Made by a program: the position numbers and the translations under genes. DNA of 64,000 nucleotides from Raillietiella orientalis. Lineage: Eukaryota. The stretch's first letter is position 1, and every line of letters begins with the position of its first letter. The DNA is taken from the NCBI GenBank assembly GCA_036172245.1, contig JAYWIR010000004.1, positions 5,332,001 through 5,396,000 on the forward strand, in the 5' to 3' direction. The notes beneath the pieces are model-generated. The model did not search any database and had not been told where the DNA came from. It saw only the letters and a program-made list of their open reading frames with translations. Of this stretch, positions 27,096 to 40,574 are shown in pieces.

Positions 27096-29959
27096 CCCGC
27101 AAAGAAATGAACTGTTTTTAACGATGGGCACCTAGAAGTGAAGAAATACAGAAATCAAGGCTTTTGGCAGCAAACTACATCCGACGGTAACCCGTGATTA
27201 CCAGTTACATTAGAAACGATTCAAAGAATCACTCATACTGATTTCTTTTTTGTCCTGAGCTTTCCACTTACTAATGAATATCCAAGTAAAATTGACGAAG
27301 GCAGGCAGTTTACTTAAGGATCAAGTTGAGTGAGTCTCCTATTGAAAATCCGGAGTCAAGCAAGAACGTCCAACTGCGATTTTCACATCCACTACGCAGC
27401 TGCACAGCTCATTACATAACCTATCATTTCAAGGTTGCTCAACATTTATCCCGAACGACAAGGCTGCCACATTCGAATGCTATGTTTTTTAACCAATATT
27501 TTCAAGCCATTACTCAGAACACTGTTGTGAAATATGTGTACATTGCAGAATACAGCTGCATGTAATAAGAAATATTCTAATTCATAAGACTAATTCATTC
27601 ATTCATTCATTGTTTCATTCTAAGAAACATTCTAATTCATTCATCAACTGCATTTATATTTAATAAATCATTTTGTTTTAAAATGTAATCAATGAGAGAT
27701 CAGAAAGGAAAGCGTGAAAAGCATCAAAAAAAAGATGGCAAATATTAAAAACAGAAAATGAACGAACGAGATTTTATTATGCTGAATATGATTTCATTAG
27801 TAAAATAGCAATGAAGTTGACGAAAATGGATTCTCGATAGCTACATAAAACTCATTTCGCAAGTTATTTCATTAGAATTTAGAAAGTCTACAAGTATCTT
27901 TCATGTTTTTTGTGCAATTCTTTATAAAGATCAACTTGAAATCAATACGTAGTGTGTTCCATGTTTAAAAAAGTGACTTCTATCGATGATCTGCGTTATT
28001 GTTCGAGATTTAAAATATGTCTAAGTGATGTAAGGAAAACTCAGAGTTCTTAAAAAATTTCGAAAGCTAATTTGTCACTTAAATATACCATAAACGCAGA
28101 AAAGCAACGTAGATCGATGTAGTTATTTGAAGTTGATCTAAAAACCCGAACTGAAGAAGGATAACACAGTTTTTAAAGTCCCGCTTTTGCACTGTTTACG
28201 TTCCATCTATCGTTAGTGAAGGAAGTGAATCCAGACAAGTGAATGCCTACAAACAACTAAATTGTTTAAGACTGAAATACGTGATCACCTTATTGAAATT
28301 AACTTGTCGACAAATTTTATTTCAGGAAATAAGAACTGATTTGGAGGGGAGCACAACAGCTTTACGAAAAGGTGATTTCGAAGTGTCACACAGTTTCACA
28401 TGAAACTTAAAATAAAACACTTCCACATCCTTTTCTCAGCAAGGACTACTTTTTTCATGCTTTTTTTTTTTTCTTATAAACTGTGAAAACAAAAAGCAAA
28501 AAATTAAAAGCAACCAGTTTGAATTTTCACTTCAGACTTCTAAATGGTTGCTTCATGATATATTTTGGGTATGAGAAAAAAGCACTCTGAAAAATGCAGT
28601 GATAAACAGAGCAAGTCTTGGGAAATAAAAAACATGGAATTTTCACAGCATTAAAACCGGAGGAGTACATTCTAAAAGTTACGCACATCGGAAAAGAATG
28701 GAAAGAAAATCATGAAAGTAACGATCTCATTTCCATAGCTCAACACCGAGACAAATCAGCAAAATGAAAATTCACTTACGAAAAGGAGGGGCTACTTCGA
28801 ACAAGAACAATACATAAGGTGTGCACAAACAAGATGAATGCATGGACAAACAAATGCTATGGAAAAGCGCCAAACACATAACACAAAGTGCTCACGAAGT
28901 ATGAAAGCAAAATGCCTAAAAGGAATGAAAGAGGAGGGAACGACCCTTTGAAGTAATTGCTTTTGCCAACTCTGATCACAGTTCCAGAGGGACGGTAAAT
29001 ATGTGAACTTCACAACAGAGATTGTCCATTAACTATCCCTGTTGTGAAATTCCTGCTTTTCCAGCTTGGAAAATCTTTTTTTAGTCTGTATAAGCTGATA
29101 TCTGCGGTGTGTTCAAGGTACTCGGACATGGCACTAGAAAACTGAAATCGAAAACGGAAGTCAACCACATAACAGCGGCTTATTTTTCAATCAAAAATAC
29201 GTGCACGAAATAATTTTACGCTAAAACATAACATTACTGAACGGGGAAGAAAGAAAACTGCCGAGGCGTTCTTCGTGTTCCAAAAAACCCATGGCCTAGG
29301 AGCGATGACCCTGACGAGAACTTCCTCGTTATCGCCCAGGTGAAGATTGGGAATGACGCGTTCAAATCTGGACACAGACGTGGTGTGGCGGTGGTAATAA
29401 AGTGCAGGCATCACATAGATCTGCATCATGGATCACAGATCTTGCGGTTGACGATGCTACTGTTTTGCGCCCAAGTAAATCCTGCATATGAGGAGGGAGG
29501 AGCTGGCACTGCTAGGAAGCAAGCTAGGAACCGACAAAGGTTATCTCAACAGAAAAGGTGGCTGCAGTGGCAGAAAAGAACTTTCCAGAAACACGACAGA
29601 AACAGACACCTTCACAAGTGGAACTGGATTATGCGCGAACAGCATCTTGAGACTCCCAGTGCAGCGATGCATCATGTTTTGTTTACATTCCGTCTCTAAA
29701 ACCCAAACCTTAAAAGCTGGAGGCTCACGTCGGAGGATAAACACAAACACAAATGCAACGGGATGTTTCGCAAGATGTCGGACGTTACTACGGCTGAGCT
29801 CCCGCACACAGACTCCGCTCCCCACGGACACTGCACACGAGCAGATCACATCGGCAAAGGTCAAGAAGGGATCCTGGAACAGCAGGAACATGCTGTAGTT
29901 GAAAGGAGAAACAGAAGCCGAGCTTTTGGACCTATCATTTTTGGCTTCTTCACGGTTTG

Positions 29960-30586
29960 GTTCAAAATCCCGAAGGACGAGATTCCGAAAGATCTTGAAA
30001 ATAAATACATGCGTTTATTACATATATTGATATACATAATGAACACATACATGTATTATAATCTTTAATATATGTGTTAATCATATGTATCAATACATAT
30101 TATTAATTATATTAATAAGTATGTATTTTACAAATAATTGGTACATTAATCTACCTATCTATATCCACATATATATATATGCATAATAGGCATGTATTTT
30201 TTTATATTCTTTTAAAATACATTAATCTATATATTATAAGCATTATTAATTATATTAACATCTATAATGAGCATGCACACATGTATTTATAATCTTGATG
30301 ATAAATAATGAACACATTATTAATTATACCAATATGTTAAATTTTTTAAATGAAAACATGTGCCGAAATAATGCTGTTGTCAATAATCCATATATCAATA
30401 AATATTAATTAATATATGCTAAATTAAATTTGTATGTTAATCTATATATAAACATGTATGTTAATATACATGATAAACACATGTATTTATTTTTTATGAT
30501 TTTTATAACATATATTACTGAACATATAAATATGCATATCAATATATGTAATAAACATTTTTTACGATCTTTCGGGACTTTGATCG
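29960..30586. mobile_element. AT-rich foldback/MITE-like element with long imperfect terminal inverted repeats
   Basis: The left arm TCCGAAAGATCTTGAAAATAAATACATGCGTTTATTACATATATTGATATACATA (~29985-30038) pairs with the right arm TATGCATATCAATATATGTAATAAACATTTTTTACGATCTTTCGGGA (~30531-30577). Outer ends are CAAAATCCCGAA / TTCGGGACTTTG. The interior is extremely AT-rich with sub-repeats. No clear TSD. Confidence 0.7.
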
Positions 30587-31238
30587 GCTCTGATCTCCTA
30601 AATGTCATAACCACAGAAACTTGCTACATAAGAAGATAACTTTTAGGGGACTTTCTCGAGAATTCGTGATGACTTTCTCCTGAGGACGCTTATGTGCAAT
30701 TCGGTTATCGTATTCATCACAGATATCCCACACTAAGACGAAGTTCATAGGTGGCAGAAACCGTTGCCTGCATGGAACACAGCTGAGGTGTGACATCCCG
30801 CTTCAGGAACCCAACAACGAGCTTTTGCCCTCCCTTTATTCCAGCTAAAATCCACTCCACAACCGGCTTTCTATTTTTCCCATTCTAAAAAAAAACCAAA
30901 AAAAAAAGGAAGAGTTAAACGAGGGTCTTCCGAACCTGAACGATCTCGAGCAGTCTGCATCTGTCGTTGCTACGTGAAAAACAAACAAGCCAGAAAAAAA
31001 AATATGCCAGTTTCTGGGTAATTCTAAACAAGTCGGGAGCTTCATTTTCATGGGAGCTTTTATTTGCGAAGCACCAAAGAAAAAAAGGGAAACAGACTCT
31101 CACTGTCAGAAGAGCGCCATCGTGCGCGCAACAAAAGAACTCGCTCCAAGAAATTCACAAACAAATGCAGGCCTCAAGTTCAATCCCCGCCCTCTCCTGC
31201 CTCCAGCTGCCACTTCTGTCACAACCAACTGGTCCTTT

Positions 31239-34200
31239 TTATTCATCCTTCTTGAAGTACGTCTTCCACAAGTGGTAACAGACTCCAATAGTAGTGAAAC
31301 CCACGAAAGCCCCCTGCACGGCTAGCCTGCTGTGCATGACGTATTCCGACAAGGGTTTCCCCTTGTTTCTGTGGCGTAAGTGGTACAGGACGTTGGTGAG
31401 AACCGCCAGGCTGCTCAGGACTCCTGAAACGAAAACGCACGTGCAGAAAAAGCTAACAAAAAGAGCCGGTTCGAGGAGGGTCCGCAACGAGGGAGACGAA
31501 GGCAAGGAGATGCTCCAATCCGTGAGTTTTCTCCTCCCGCATTTCCGGTCCCGGAACATAGGGGAAAATCGAGACGCGCTAGACGCTCCTGCCTCTCCGA
31601 CGGATTGCGTTTCGCCCACTTCGGAAAGGCGGGCGAGGAGCCCTTTTTCGAGGATGAACCCCACCCGCCGAGTGTTTGCAGTCGCGACCTCCGCCAGCGC
31701 GCCAAGGAAGCAAAGTGGCAGAAGACCACTTCGAAGGTAACTGTGCTTAAAGGAGCGGCACGGGGCAAAGGAGGCCAGGGAGGAGGAACAGACAAACAGA
31801 CGCAGGAAGTGTCACCTCGGGCACGCAGCCCTCGTACACGCTTCGGCTGTACATATACTAAAATCGGGCAGGCAGCAGGAAGCTTGGACTGAGACGCTCT
31901 CGTTGGCCTCAAGGGGCCAACGGAAGGCAATGCCTGTCAACCGGCAAAGACCATTCTCAGATCGCTCGCTGGGAAACAACAACAGGCGACTGCAGGTTTG
32001 CTAATGGCGGCCGTAATTTCCGGGATACCAGAGGCGGCCGCTCGGTGAAAAAATGATCTTAAAAGCTGGAACGTGCAAAATCTCTTCGACAGCCGAAGAA
32101 ATAGCAGGTGGAAGGTTATGCGGGTGGAAGTTTCCCGGCTGGCGATGAAGAGAGGGGTTGGAATCCGCACTTTCTGTCGTGGTCCACCCATAACGAGGGC
32201 AGCTCCGAGTCCCTGGATACCGGGTGCTGGAGAATCGAGAAAGCCCCCGGAGAATCACAGCAGGAGGCGGGCACTTGAGCGTGTTCTCTTGTTCCACCGC
32301 GCTCGACTGCATGGAGCAGCAGGGAGAGGAAGGCCAACCGATATGGGACGGGACCTCCCTTTTGGCGCACAAACGGAACGGCAACGCCAAAGGGGTATTC
32401 GCTCGTGGCGCCGCGTGAGCATGGCGACCGGCCGGGAGAGACAGCCTCGATCCTCGACGGTCTAACGGGGTTAACTCTGTTGGGTTCCCATCTGCATAGG
32501 ATCTTTTTTTCTTTTTGCCCATCACGGATTGGTCGCCATTGCAGAGATTCGGTTGCCATTAAGACCCAGCCATGGCCTCTCCAAGGAGCAACACTGAAGG
32601 TCAAAAATCGCAATCAACGAAAAGAGAAGAGAAAAGAAGGAAGATGATGATGAAGAGGCTTCGAGAGGACCCGTGGGAAGCGCCTTTTCCCGGTTCCCCC
32701 CGAGCCTTCGTGTATGAACGGGGTCTTTTGAGGGAGGATGGAGTGAAAGCGGGACTCACCTTCTCTCCCTGGCGCTTCCTCACGCCAGGGAACAACCATC
32801 CGGAGGTCACGCCATCTGCTGAACGCGGGGGAATCCGGCACACTACCACGCACGACGGCCGTCACGTCTGTGGCCGAGCTGAAAGTCGGAAAGGCCCTGT
32901 CGAGGTCAACTGATGATGAAACGAAGGACCAAAAGCAGTGGAAGGGCAGGGAGATCCAGGATTCGCGACGTCGGACCATGCATGGTCGATGAAGAGGGTG
33001 CCCCTGCTGCTGTTTCAAACGGCCACACCCCCATTAGCCACCTCTGAGACAGGTGGGAGAACCACCCCACCACGCATTCTGGCGCCGGCTGGGAGGTCGC
33101 CAAGCCGGCGCCAGAATGACTGCCCCGAGAGCGCGCGCCTTCCGATGTGGTGGAAGAGACGCCTTCCTCTCGAACCCGAAAAAAGGGGCCATAGAACGAG
33201 GGGGGAGAGTGGCTCCCGAGCAGGTGGGGTGCGATGGAAGGGATCAGAAGGATGACTGCCGCCCAGCGCGTGCGTCTGGACCGGAGGGAAGAGGACCGCA
33301 CAGCCGCTTGAGAGTGACACCGCTTTGGTCCGGCGGCGGAGGATGAACAGCGTTTGGATGCAGTATGCGGCCTCCTTGAACGCCTCTGCGTTTGTGCACC
33401 TTGTACGCGATGACCATTTCTCCTCCTCTTCCTTTGTTTTTGTTTTCCGTGGAAACGAAACGGTCGGGTGAACTCTGACCCAAAAGCAGTTGACAAATCC
33501 AGCGTGTTGAGGACCCAGAGGACCCTGTCTTTTCAACTGCTCCCACTTGGGGGGCTGCACGGCCGAAGCTCACAAGTGGAGCACCTGATTCCCGTTCCGC
33601 AAAAATCTGCCACAGAGTGGGAAGCGGCGCCTGCCGAGTCCGACCTGCACCACCCAGAGTGCTTCCCGTGAGACTTGCGCAGGAACACGGAGCGTGTCGT
33701 ACTCCCGGAAACGGCAAAAATCACTGAAGGCTCTGCTTCGGCGACGGTCGTCTGACCGCAAAACGGCTGAAGAGCCTCCCCGCGCGCGCATCAGACGCTT
33801 CATCATGCTGGATACGTTCTCTTCCCGCCGTGCCCGACACCAGATGTGTCACAGACTGCAGTGAAGAGGCCTCGCCGAACGCTCAAGGGCGAACCGGAAA
33901 GCGAAAGTTCTAGCGCATAGCAACACCCTCCTTGGAACACCCTGTGGCCTCTTAGGGAACTACGAGCCCGGCAACTTCACCACTGGCTCCAGGCTGCTTT
34001 TCTTGGCTAAGGGATGGGAGAGGAGAGCAGCGGATGTGGCCGAGGATTATTTTCGGACTCTTCCCGTTCAGCCCGAAGTTCAAAAGGCATGCCTCGAGGT
34101 TTGCCTTAAGGCTTCCATGCCTTGGAAACCCAGAGTGCTGAAACGAATACAACGAAGAGGTGCCGAAGAGATGGAAGAAGGAAGGAAAAGAGTAAACCCC

Positions 34201-35169
34201 CAGAAGGAGCGGGAAACTTGACTCCAGCGGCGCGTGGTTTTTGCATTCCGCCACCGCCGTTTCCCCCAACATGCCGTGTTCCTGCATGACTGTTGCACCA
34301 TCATGGGAGAAAATCATTCCTTTGCTTCCCCCCTCCCCCATTTTCAGAGAATGCACGCCGCCAGCCAAACTTGAAGGCACCAGGAAATCACATCGAAACG
34401 TGTTTGGCGGATAAAGAGCAGACGCTGCTGCTCGACGGCACCAACAAACAAACGCAAGCGCCGAAGGCACGGCGCGAACAGTTTGGGTGGTGCCGAACTG
34501 TCTTTCGGTTGTTGCTGACATGACAAATGGGAGGTGCAGATGCTCCGAGACTTCCAATTCATGGAGGTTGCAGAGAAACCTGCCTATCGATTTCCCGAAT
34601 TCGGCGTGTCCGTGTGTGCGTGTTTTTCCGATGAGGGTGAAGTCAAATGCCCTCAAATCAGCTTAAATGACGATTCTGCTTTCAGTCTCTGGCCCCCTGT
34701 CAACGATGAACCGGACTTTTTTTCTTTCTTTCTTTTTTGCCAACGGCAAGGTGGACTGCAACCGATCAACAACGAGATCGCTCATAAATGCAACGCTGCG
34801 TTGCACTCACGAATCAATGCTCCACACCTCTCCAGGTGCAGCCAACGGGCCTTCTTACGGGTCCTAGCTGCCCTCCGTGAACCGCACACTTGACCAGATG
34901 ACTAACCATGGTGCCCTCTGGTCAGAGGCAGCAGTGGAGCAAATCGTAACATTTCGATCGCGTTCAAGTTCACATTAAAAGGGTCACTTTCCGTGGAGGG
35001 TAAATCACAATAACAACAGCAATGATAATACAAACGATTTACCGACTGTTGCAAAAGGATATTCTTTGGCTCTTTGGTGGAGCCTTGAATGCACCTTTTC
35101 TCCTTCGCCTCTGTACGTAAAGTGTGCAGGTAGGTCTGCTGGTCTTTGATATGGAACATTCCTTATCAT
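31239..35169 (-). CDS. HIG1 domain protein, type-1/HIGD1-like (paralogue B), 103 aa
   Basis: Exon 1 35169-35043 (MIRNVPYQ...RLHQRAKEYPFATVG|GTAAAT). Exon 2 31423-31239 follows TTTCGTTTCAG (VLSSLAVLTNVLYHLRHRNKGKPLSEYVMHSRLAVQGAFVGFTTIG...). Intron position and phase match paralogue A (AKE.PF...G|); the intron is 3619 nt. UTR acceptor at 35181. AATAAA overlaps the stop codon. Confidence 0.82.
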
Positions 35170-38100
35170 CTTTGGACAACCTGATGAGAAACACACAGTT
35201 GCGATTTCCGGTAACAACAAGCGCGTTCCGAGTTTCTTCGCGCATATGCTAAAGAATGGTTGGGAATGAGAAAATCAACCGAAAGGGAAGACGTAGGGGC
35301 TCCCCATCCAAGATTTCCATTTCATTCGAAAGAAAGCAAACATCGCCTATGAGCCAGAGCTGAGCTGGAAGTTCGGTCTCCGATTGGAGGATGTGCAAGT
35401 TCCAATCACCGGATAACCTGTCAGTTTCCCAGGGCGGGCTTCCGGATAAACGCATCACAGGGAGCGCCAGAGCCTCTATGTTTTTTGGAACAACAAGCGG
35501 ATGAGAATCTTCCAAGAGCAAGAGTGGCTGACGCGACATTGCGATGGTTACTACGCAGTTTGGTTAATCATGCGTGCTAGGGTGTAACTGCATCGCTCCT
35601 CTGAGCAGCTTTGTTGAGGAGTGGGAAAGAGCGAGAGGGAGAGAGAGAAAGCATCCACACTCAACAGCAGCAGCACTCTTTCGAGGCCGCACTTGTCAGC
35701 ACTCGGAACACTTGCTTCCGAAGGTTCTGCGGCCGCGGGTTTTGGCTTTCATGGAATTTCCGTGAGGACTGCAGCCTTCGGACCACGCGGTGACCACGCC
35801 GAGATGCTTCAGAAAGCGTTCCCGTCGCGACTCTGCTCCGCGTCCTCATGGAGCGAAAGAAGCGAAGTCCGAATCGATTCTGATCCAGCGGGCGACACTC
35901 GGAGCTCCGTGTTTGTTTAGAGATGCGACTTTCCTCGCTAGGCAAAGCAAACACAGTCTTCCCGATCTCTTCGGAATGAAAGGGTGAAAGCGACTCTGGT
36001 TATTCTGCTGGTCTCTCGCAAGAGTCCAAGGCGGTGGCGTAACTCCGCAACGTGTTGGCCAAATCAGCAAACACCACTCAAGAGCTCGGCCTTCGGGGAC
36101 TGTGTTGCGGAGCGACTGGCGAGCGAAGTTCGGGCGAAAGATGAGCACGTCAACACTTTGTCCGTGAAGAACATGCATACCAAACATCGAGAGGCTTCAG
36201 TTGCGGCAAAAAGAATCTTCTTCCCTGCCAGAACACAAACCGAATTCTGCCGACGAACCAACGTCTCTAAATTTCTCCCAGAGACCGTGACGTCGGTAGG
36301 TCCATGGTGTTCCCTACGTGCTGCTGTCCTCAACACTCTACGAACAAGCGAGCATCGCGAAAAGCGAGCCTCGTCAGTCCGGCGGTTCCTTAGGAAACCA
36401 CTTCTCACATCCCTTTTTAGCATAAGGAAGCGGGTATCGTCTTCCAAAAGGAACAAAACCGCGCAGCACTCGGCTTTGTTCCCGCAACTTTGTTCGCTTT
36501 TCTACCGTCTCCGCGGAACTCAAAGATTTGTGGTCCAGAAGACACACTCTGTAGCAGTCGAGTCTTCCACGTTTGAGCGATAAAAAAATCCCGTCTGACC
36601 AAGGAAATAAAGCATCCACTTACTCTACTGCTGCACCACCAGCGCAGTCCACTCCATAGGAAAGACCTCCCGAACAAAACAGGCGGTAGTGTTTACAAAG
36701 GATTTAATACTTGCGTGGGCACGTGATGTGGAGGAGCAAAAAAAGAGTATCAAGGCCAGTCCTCGCACGTGTACGTGCGGGACGGAACGTTCCAGCCAGG
36801 AGGTGCCTGCGACTCATGTCACGTACAATGGGTGCTGTTGTTGCTAAGGCATACAACTTGGTTTCAAACCCGAGAGTACTGTGCAGCGATCGTGCAAACC
36901 CGTTGCCATACTTCCAAGCGAACGAAGAGCAGATCTCTCCGTCTCGAAGAAACTCCATGCAAGCATGATGGTAGCAGGAGAGAAATTTTTTTTTTTTCTT
37001 TTCAAATTAACGCCTGTACACTTTCTTAAGTCTGAGTCGCCCTGCCTTCGTGAACTCAGGGCTCTAGATGTGATGTCGCCAAAGACCCTGATAAGCTCAC
37101 TGCTGACGAAGAAGGAAAAACAAAGACAGTTCCATCCCCAAGGAAGACTGCAGACATTCATACCCCTTTTCTCCTCACCCTTTCGCTGAAAGCTCGCTCT
37201 CTTGCTCGAATTCGAAAAACAACTGGCTTTTGCAGCACAGAGGTGACTAAACAACAGAAAATAAAAAAAGAGAAAGAGGAACGGTCCCTTCTTTCAAGCC
37301 ATTCTTTTTCATGCTGGGTGTGTGCTCCACTTAATACAAGTAAAATATTCATGGGTCGGATTCGTCCAGGACTGATGATCACACCAGTGAGTGAACTGCT
37401 TCCGTTATTCAGAAGGCAGGACGAGTAGATGAGGCTGCTGTCACTTTTCCCCCACGATCCCCAGTCTTAGAGCACCATTCAGGTTCTGAAACAGCTGCAG
37501 GGGACATGCCTTTCCACCAGACATGTTAGCCACATGACACGCCTTCGATATGACCTGTCCATTCGTTTCGTCGCAACTAGCCTGATCCAGCAGAAAGCCA
37601 ACAGGGGAAACATCCCCGCATCCTTGCTCTTCTCCCTTGGCTACTCACTAGAATCCCCGAAGTTTGTGCAACGCCAAGATCCTGCGTGAGCAACTGCGCA
37701 GCAGGAATGGGTAAAGGGTAGGTGGGGTGTGTCGGATGAGAGACTCGCCACAAGCTCTCTTCCAATCAGAGGGACGGAGGGAAGAGTTAGAAGGAAGTTT
37801 GCAACCTGTGACGACGCTTCGGTCCCACAGCAGTACAATCGGGGTCAGGGCTCATCGGAAACGCTTGCAGGCTCCACACGCAACGGATACAGCTCCCGCC
37901 GCCACCCCACATCGCATCTTGGATATTTTTACACCCCAGAGTTTTTCGCCGTACGATCTGTGACGCTTTGATCGCAAATCAAAAGCCGAAAACGATCGCG
38001 TATCCGCGCCAGTGGCGTGCTCTCGACTATTATCGGTACCAATCAAAAAGTCTCCTCCCGTCTGCTTTTATCCCATTCCGCTCGAGCTCCAGGAAGAAAC

Positions 38101-40539
38101 ATTTCACCCGGTAAACATCTCTAATGTCAGCCAGCAATCCCCTTTTTATGTTTTTTTCCTCTGTCGTCTTGGGCTACCTGCATTCCGATTCGGAAATGTT
38201 GTCAAAGAGATCGTTCTCTCGGGAAAGCGTGCTCCTCCCGCCTGGACTGAAATGGCGACAAACCTGGGGCGAAAAGGAGTACCGAGCTGATCCTTTAACC
38301 CTTTCCTGTTTTCGAAAATCCATGGCTAGTCCAGGCAACCGGAGACAGCATCGTCAGTTTGCTTGTCTGGAAAACCATCCTAGAAGAAACACACAGGGTG
38401 TGTGCTGCGCATACGCGCTACTTGGATTTTCAAGGTGCACCCTGCTTTCATGTGAAACGACCTGCTTTCGTCCACCCAGCTGAACGGGGCAATAGATCAG
38501 CGGCTGCGGTGCGAGCTGAGGCCCGTTGCGACAAAAGGGTTGCCCGCCGCAGACAGGGGCTCTTGGAGAGCTTCGTCCGCGGACCTGTTGCAGCTCGGAA
38601 TCTTTCTGTTCCGCCCGGGAAGCTCTTTTGAGACGGAAATTGACCTCCTCACCATGAGGTTCGCTGTGCTACCCCCTAAGGGATGCGCTACCTCTTCACA
38701 TACCTAGAAAAAATCAATAAATGGTAGGGATGGAGAATTGGCGGACATCCATATAACATTGAAAGAAGTGGATAGATAACTGGTTATTGTAAATTGTAAA
38801 CTCAAGCAACAGACATTTGCTGCTGTATCCAAAATTGTAACTTGCCGCCCATTTCTGCCATGTACATGTGGCTCCTTGAGACACAAAGGTTCCTTGTGGT
38901 TGGCAACACCGGCGAAAAAAAACTTCGACAACTGCAGAGGACCTTGGACTATTTCTCAAAGGTTTCATGAAAGGCCAGCGTGCTTTCATAAACGGGAAAG
39001 TCTGTACGATCTGCAAATACAGTGAGCCGGAATGACCTCGAATTCACGCAGAAGGGTAAAAAAACGCATACAAAAAAGTCGAGATGTCTTCTGATTTCCT
39101 TAATTCTGAGAGATAAACTGGATGGGGAAAAGAATGCAAGAAAATGAAGAGAAAAGAATGCCTTCTTTCCCGTTTCCTCGTAAAAACCTTTTCCGTAAAA
39201 CCGTAAATCCCGCTCTCAGTTGCAGCATGAATACCGTGTCCTTAACAAACTCTGGCAAACCGCGAACAGTGATCTTGGAACAGTTTCGGGTTTCGTTATT
39301 TGACCATCACGGCGAATAATCAGTGTCGTAGTAATGCCATTTCGTGAAAGATGTTCCCCAACTCTCTTCGTACTTTAGTCGTTGACACTTTCACTCTTAG
39401 CGATCAGCTTGCACCCTTTAATGCCTCTCACACGTAAGCGACCTCTTTTATTCAACTGGATTGATGTTTTGCGCGTTGTTCCTTTGATCTTAGCTTTTAC
39501 TTGTTGTACAGTTTTGTGCACGATGGCGTCTTTTCTTCGCAGAAAAGAGACGACATGATCACTCGTGGCAACACCTTTCTCAAAGGTTGCAATCTTTCAT
39601 CTGTATCACGAAATCAGTTGGTCTTTGCCTAATAAATTTCAGGTCATGAAGGATTATGAAGCACAGGCGCTTGCTGCCGCAGAATATGAATTTGCAGCCC
39701 ATCAATTGAGAGCGGTTTAAAAAAAAGAATTAATGTGTGGTTGTTTCTCAAATGCCGGGAGCAAGGTTACCACAATTTTACCACGCAATCTTCCTTAGCT
39801 CCTGTTTCTGATGCGGCTAATGAGAATGAATGGCTACTTCGTCTTACACACCCACCCTGATAAAGGTTTTAAAAAGCGCAATTTCTAACTTTGTCAGAGA
39901 ATCCGAGGTCCAGTAGCGAGTGAGAAAACACATGTTTTTGCCAGCTTCTGAAGATGACCGCCAGTTTCCAGCCTTTGCTCAGTTCATCAGCATCGAATTC
40001 TTTACAAATTGCAAATTCATGCAAAAACGAATCCGCTGTGCTTCTGTTTGTTGGAGCAGCGGAACCGATCGGATTCGACAGATGTCAAGACACATCGATG
40101 TTCTAAGAAAATCTCATGTTTATGCCACAGATAGCAGAAAACACGAGAGCCTCAGTGATGGTGAAACGACAAGGAAAAAAAAAAAAACGACTTTCAGACT
40201 GCTTCAGCATTGTGGACTTGCAAAGCGTACCATCTTTGAAGGCAGAAAAAGCTGAGGTCGCTATGCAAGAACCCCAGAAATCAAATACTCAAATCAGAAA
40301 ATCGAATCGGTGGTTATTACCGTGGAAGGTTAAAGGGAACACGGAAAGAATGTGGGGATCCGAAGGGGAAAAGTTCATGCCATACCGGGAATTCAAAGAC
40401 AACACAAAAGATTTGAAAACCAAATCGAATCAGGATTTTACTTTTACTTTGACACAAGGTTCTTGCGTCATATTAATGGTTTTCCTGGGACAGCGATGAG
40501 AATAATATGAAGCTTTACGATTGCGATCTAAAAATGAAC

Positions 40540-40542
<3 letters not shown>

Positions 40543-40572
<30 letters not shown>
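40543..40572. repeat. (CA)n microsatellite
   Basis: Uninterrupted CA run directly visible. Confidence 0.95.

Positions 40573-40574
<2 letters not shown>

Noticed and set aside
31424..31664. Single-exon reading of HIG1-B via the open ORF 31239-31664
   Set aside because: A strong acceptor at the conserved position and a matching exon 1 at 35169-35043 explain the gene better.
31450..31740. Plus-strand exons with a 40-nt GTGAGT..ATAG intron (31522-31561), antisense to HIG1-B
   Set aside because: No frame yields a recognisable protein, so it cannot be supported without transcripts.
33340..33420. MVIAYKVHKRRG / EAAYCIQT as a third HIG1 pseudo-exon
   Set aside because: It requires a frameshift and lacks the RxAxQG motif, the second TM and an acceptor; likely coincidence.
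33560..33620. tRNA-like AGCTCA..GAGCACCTGA segment (and a similar weak one at ~17800-17880)
   Set aside because: No T-loop GTTCRA and no cloverleaf.
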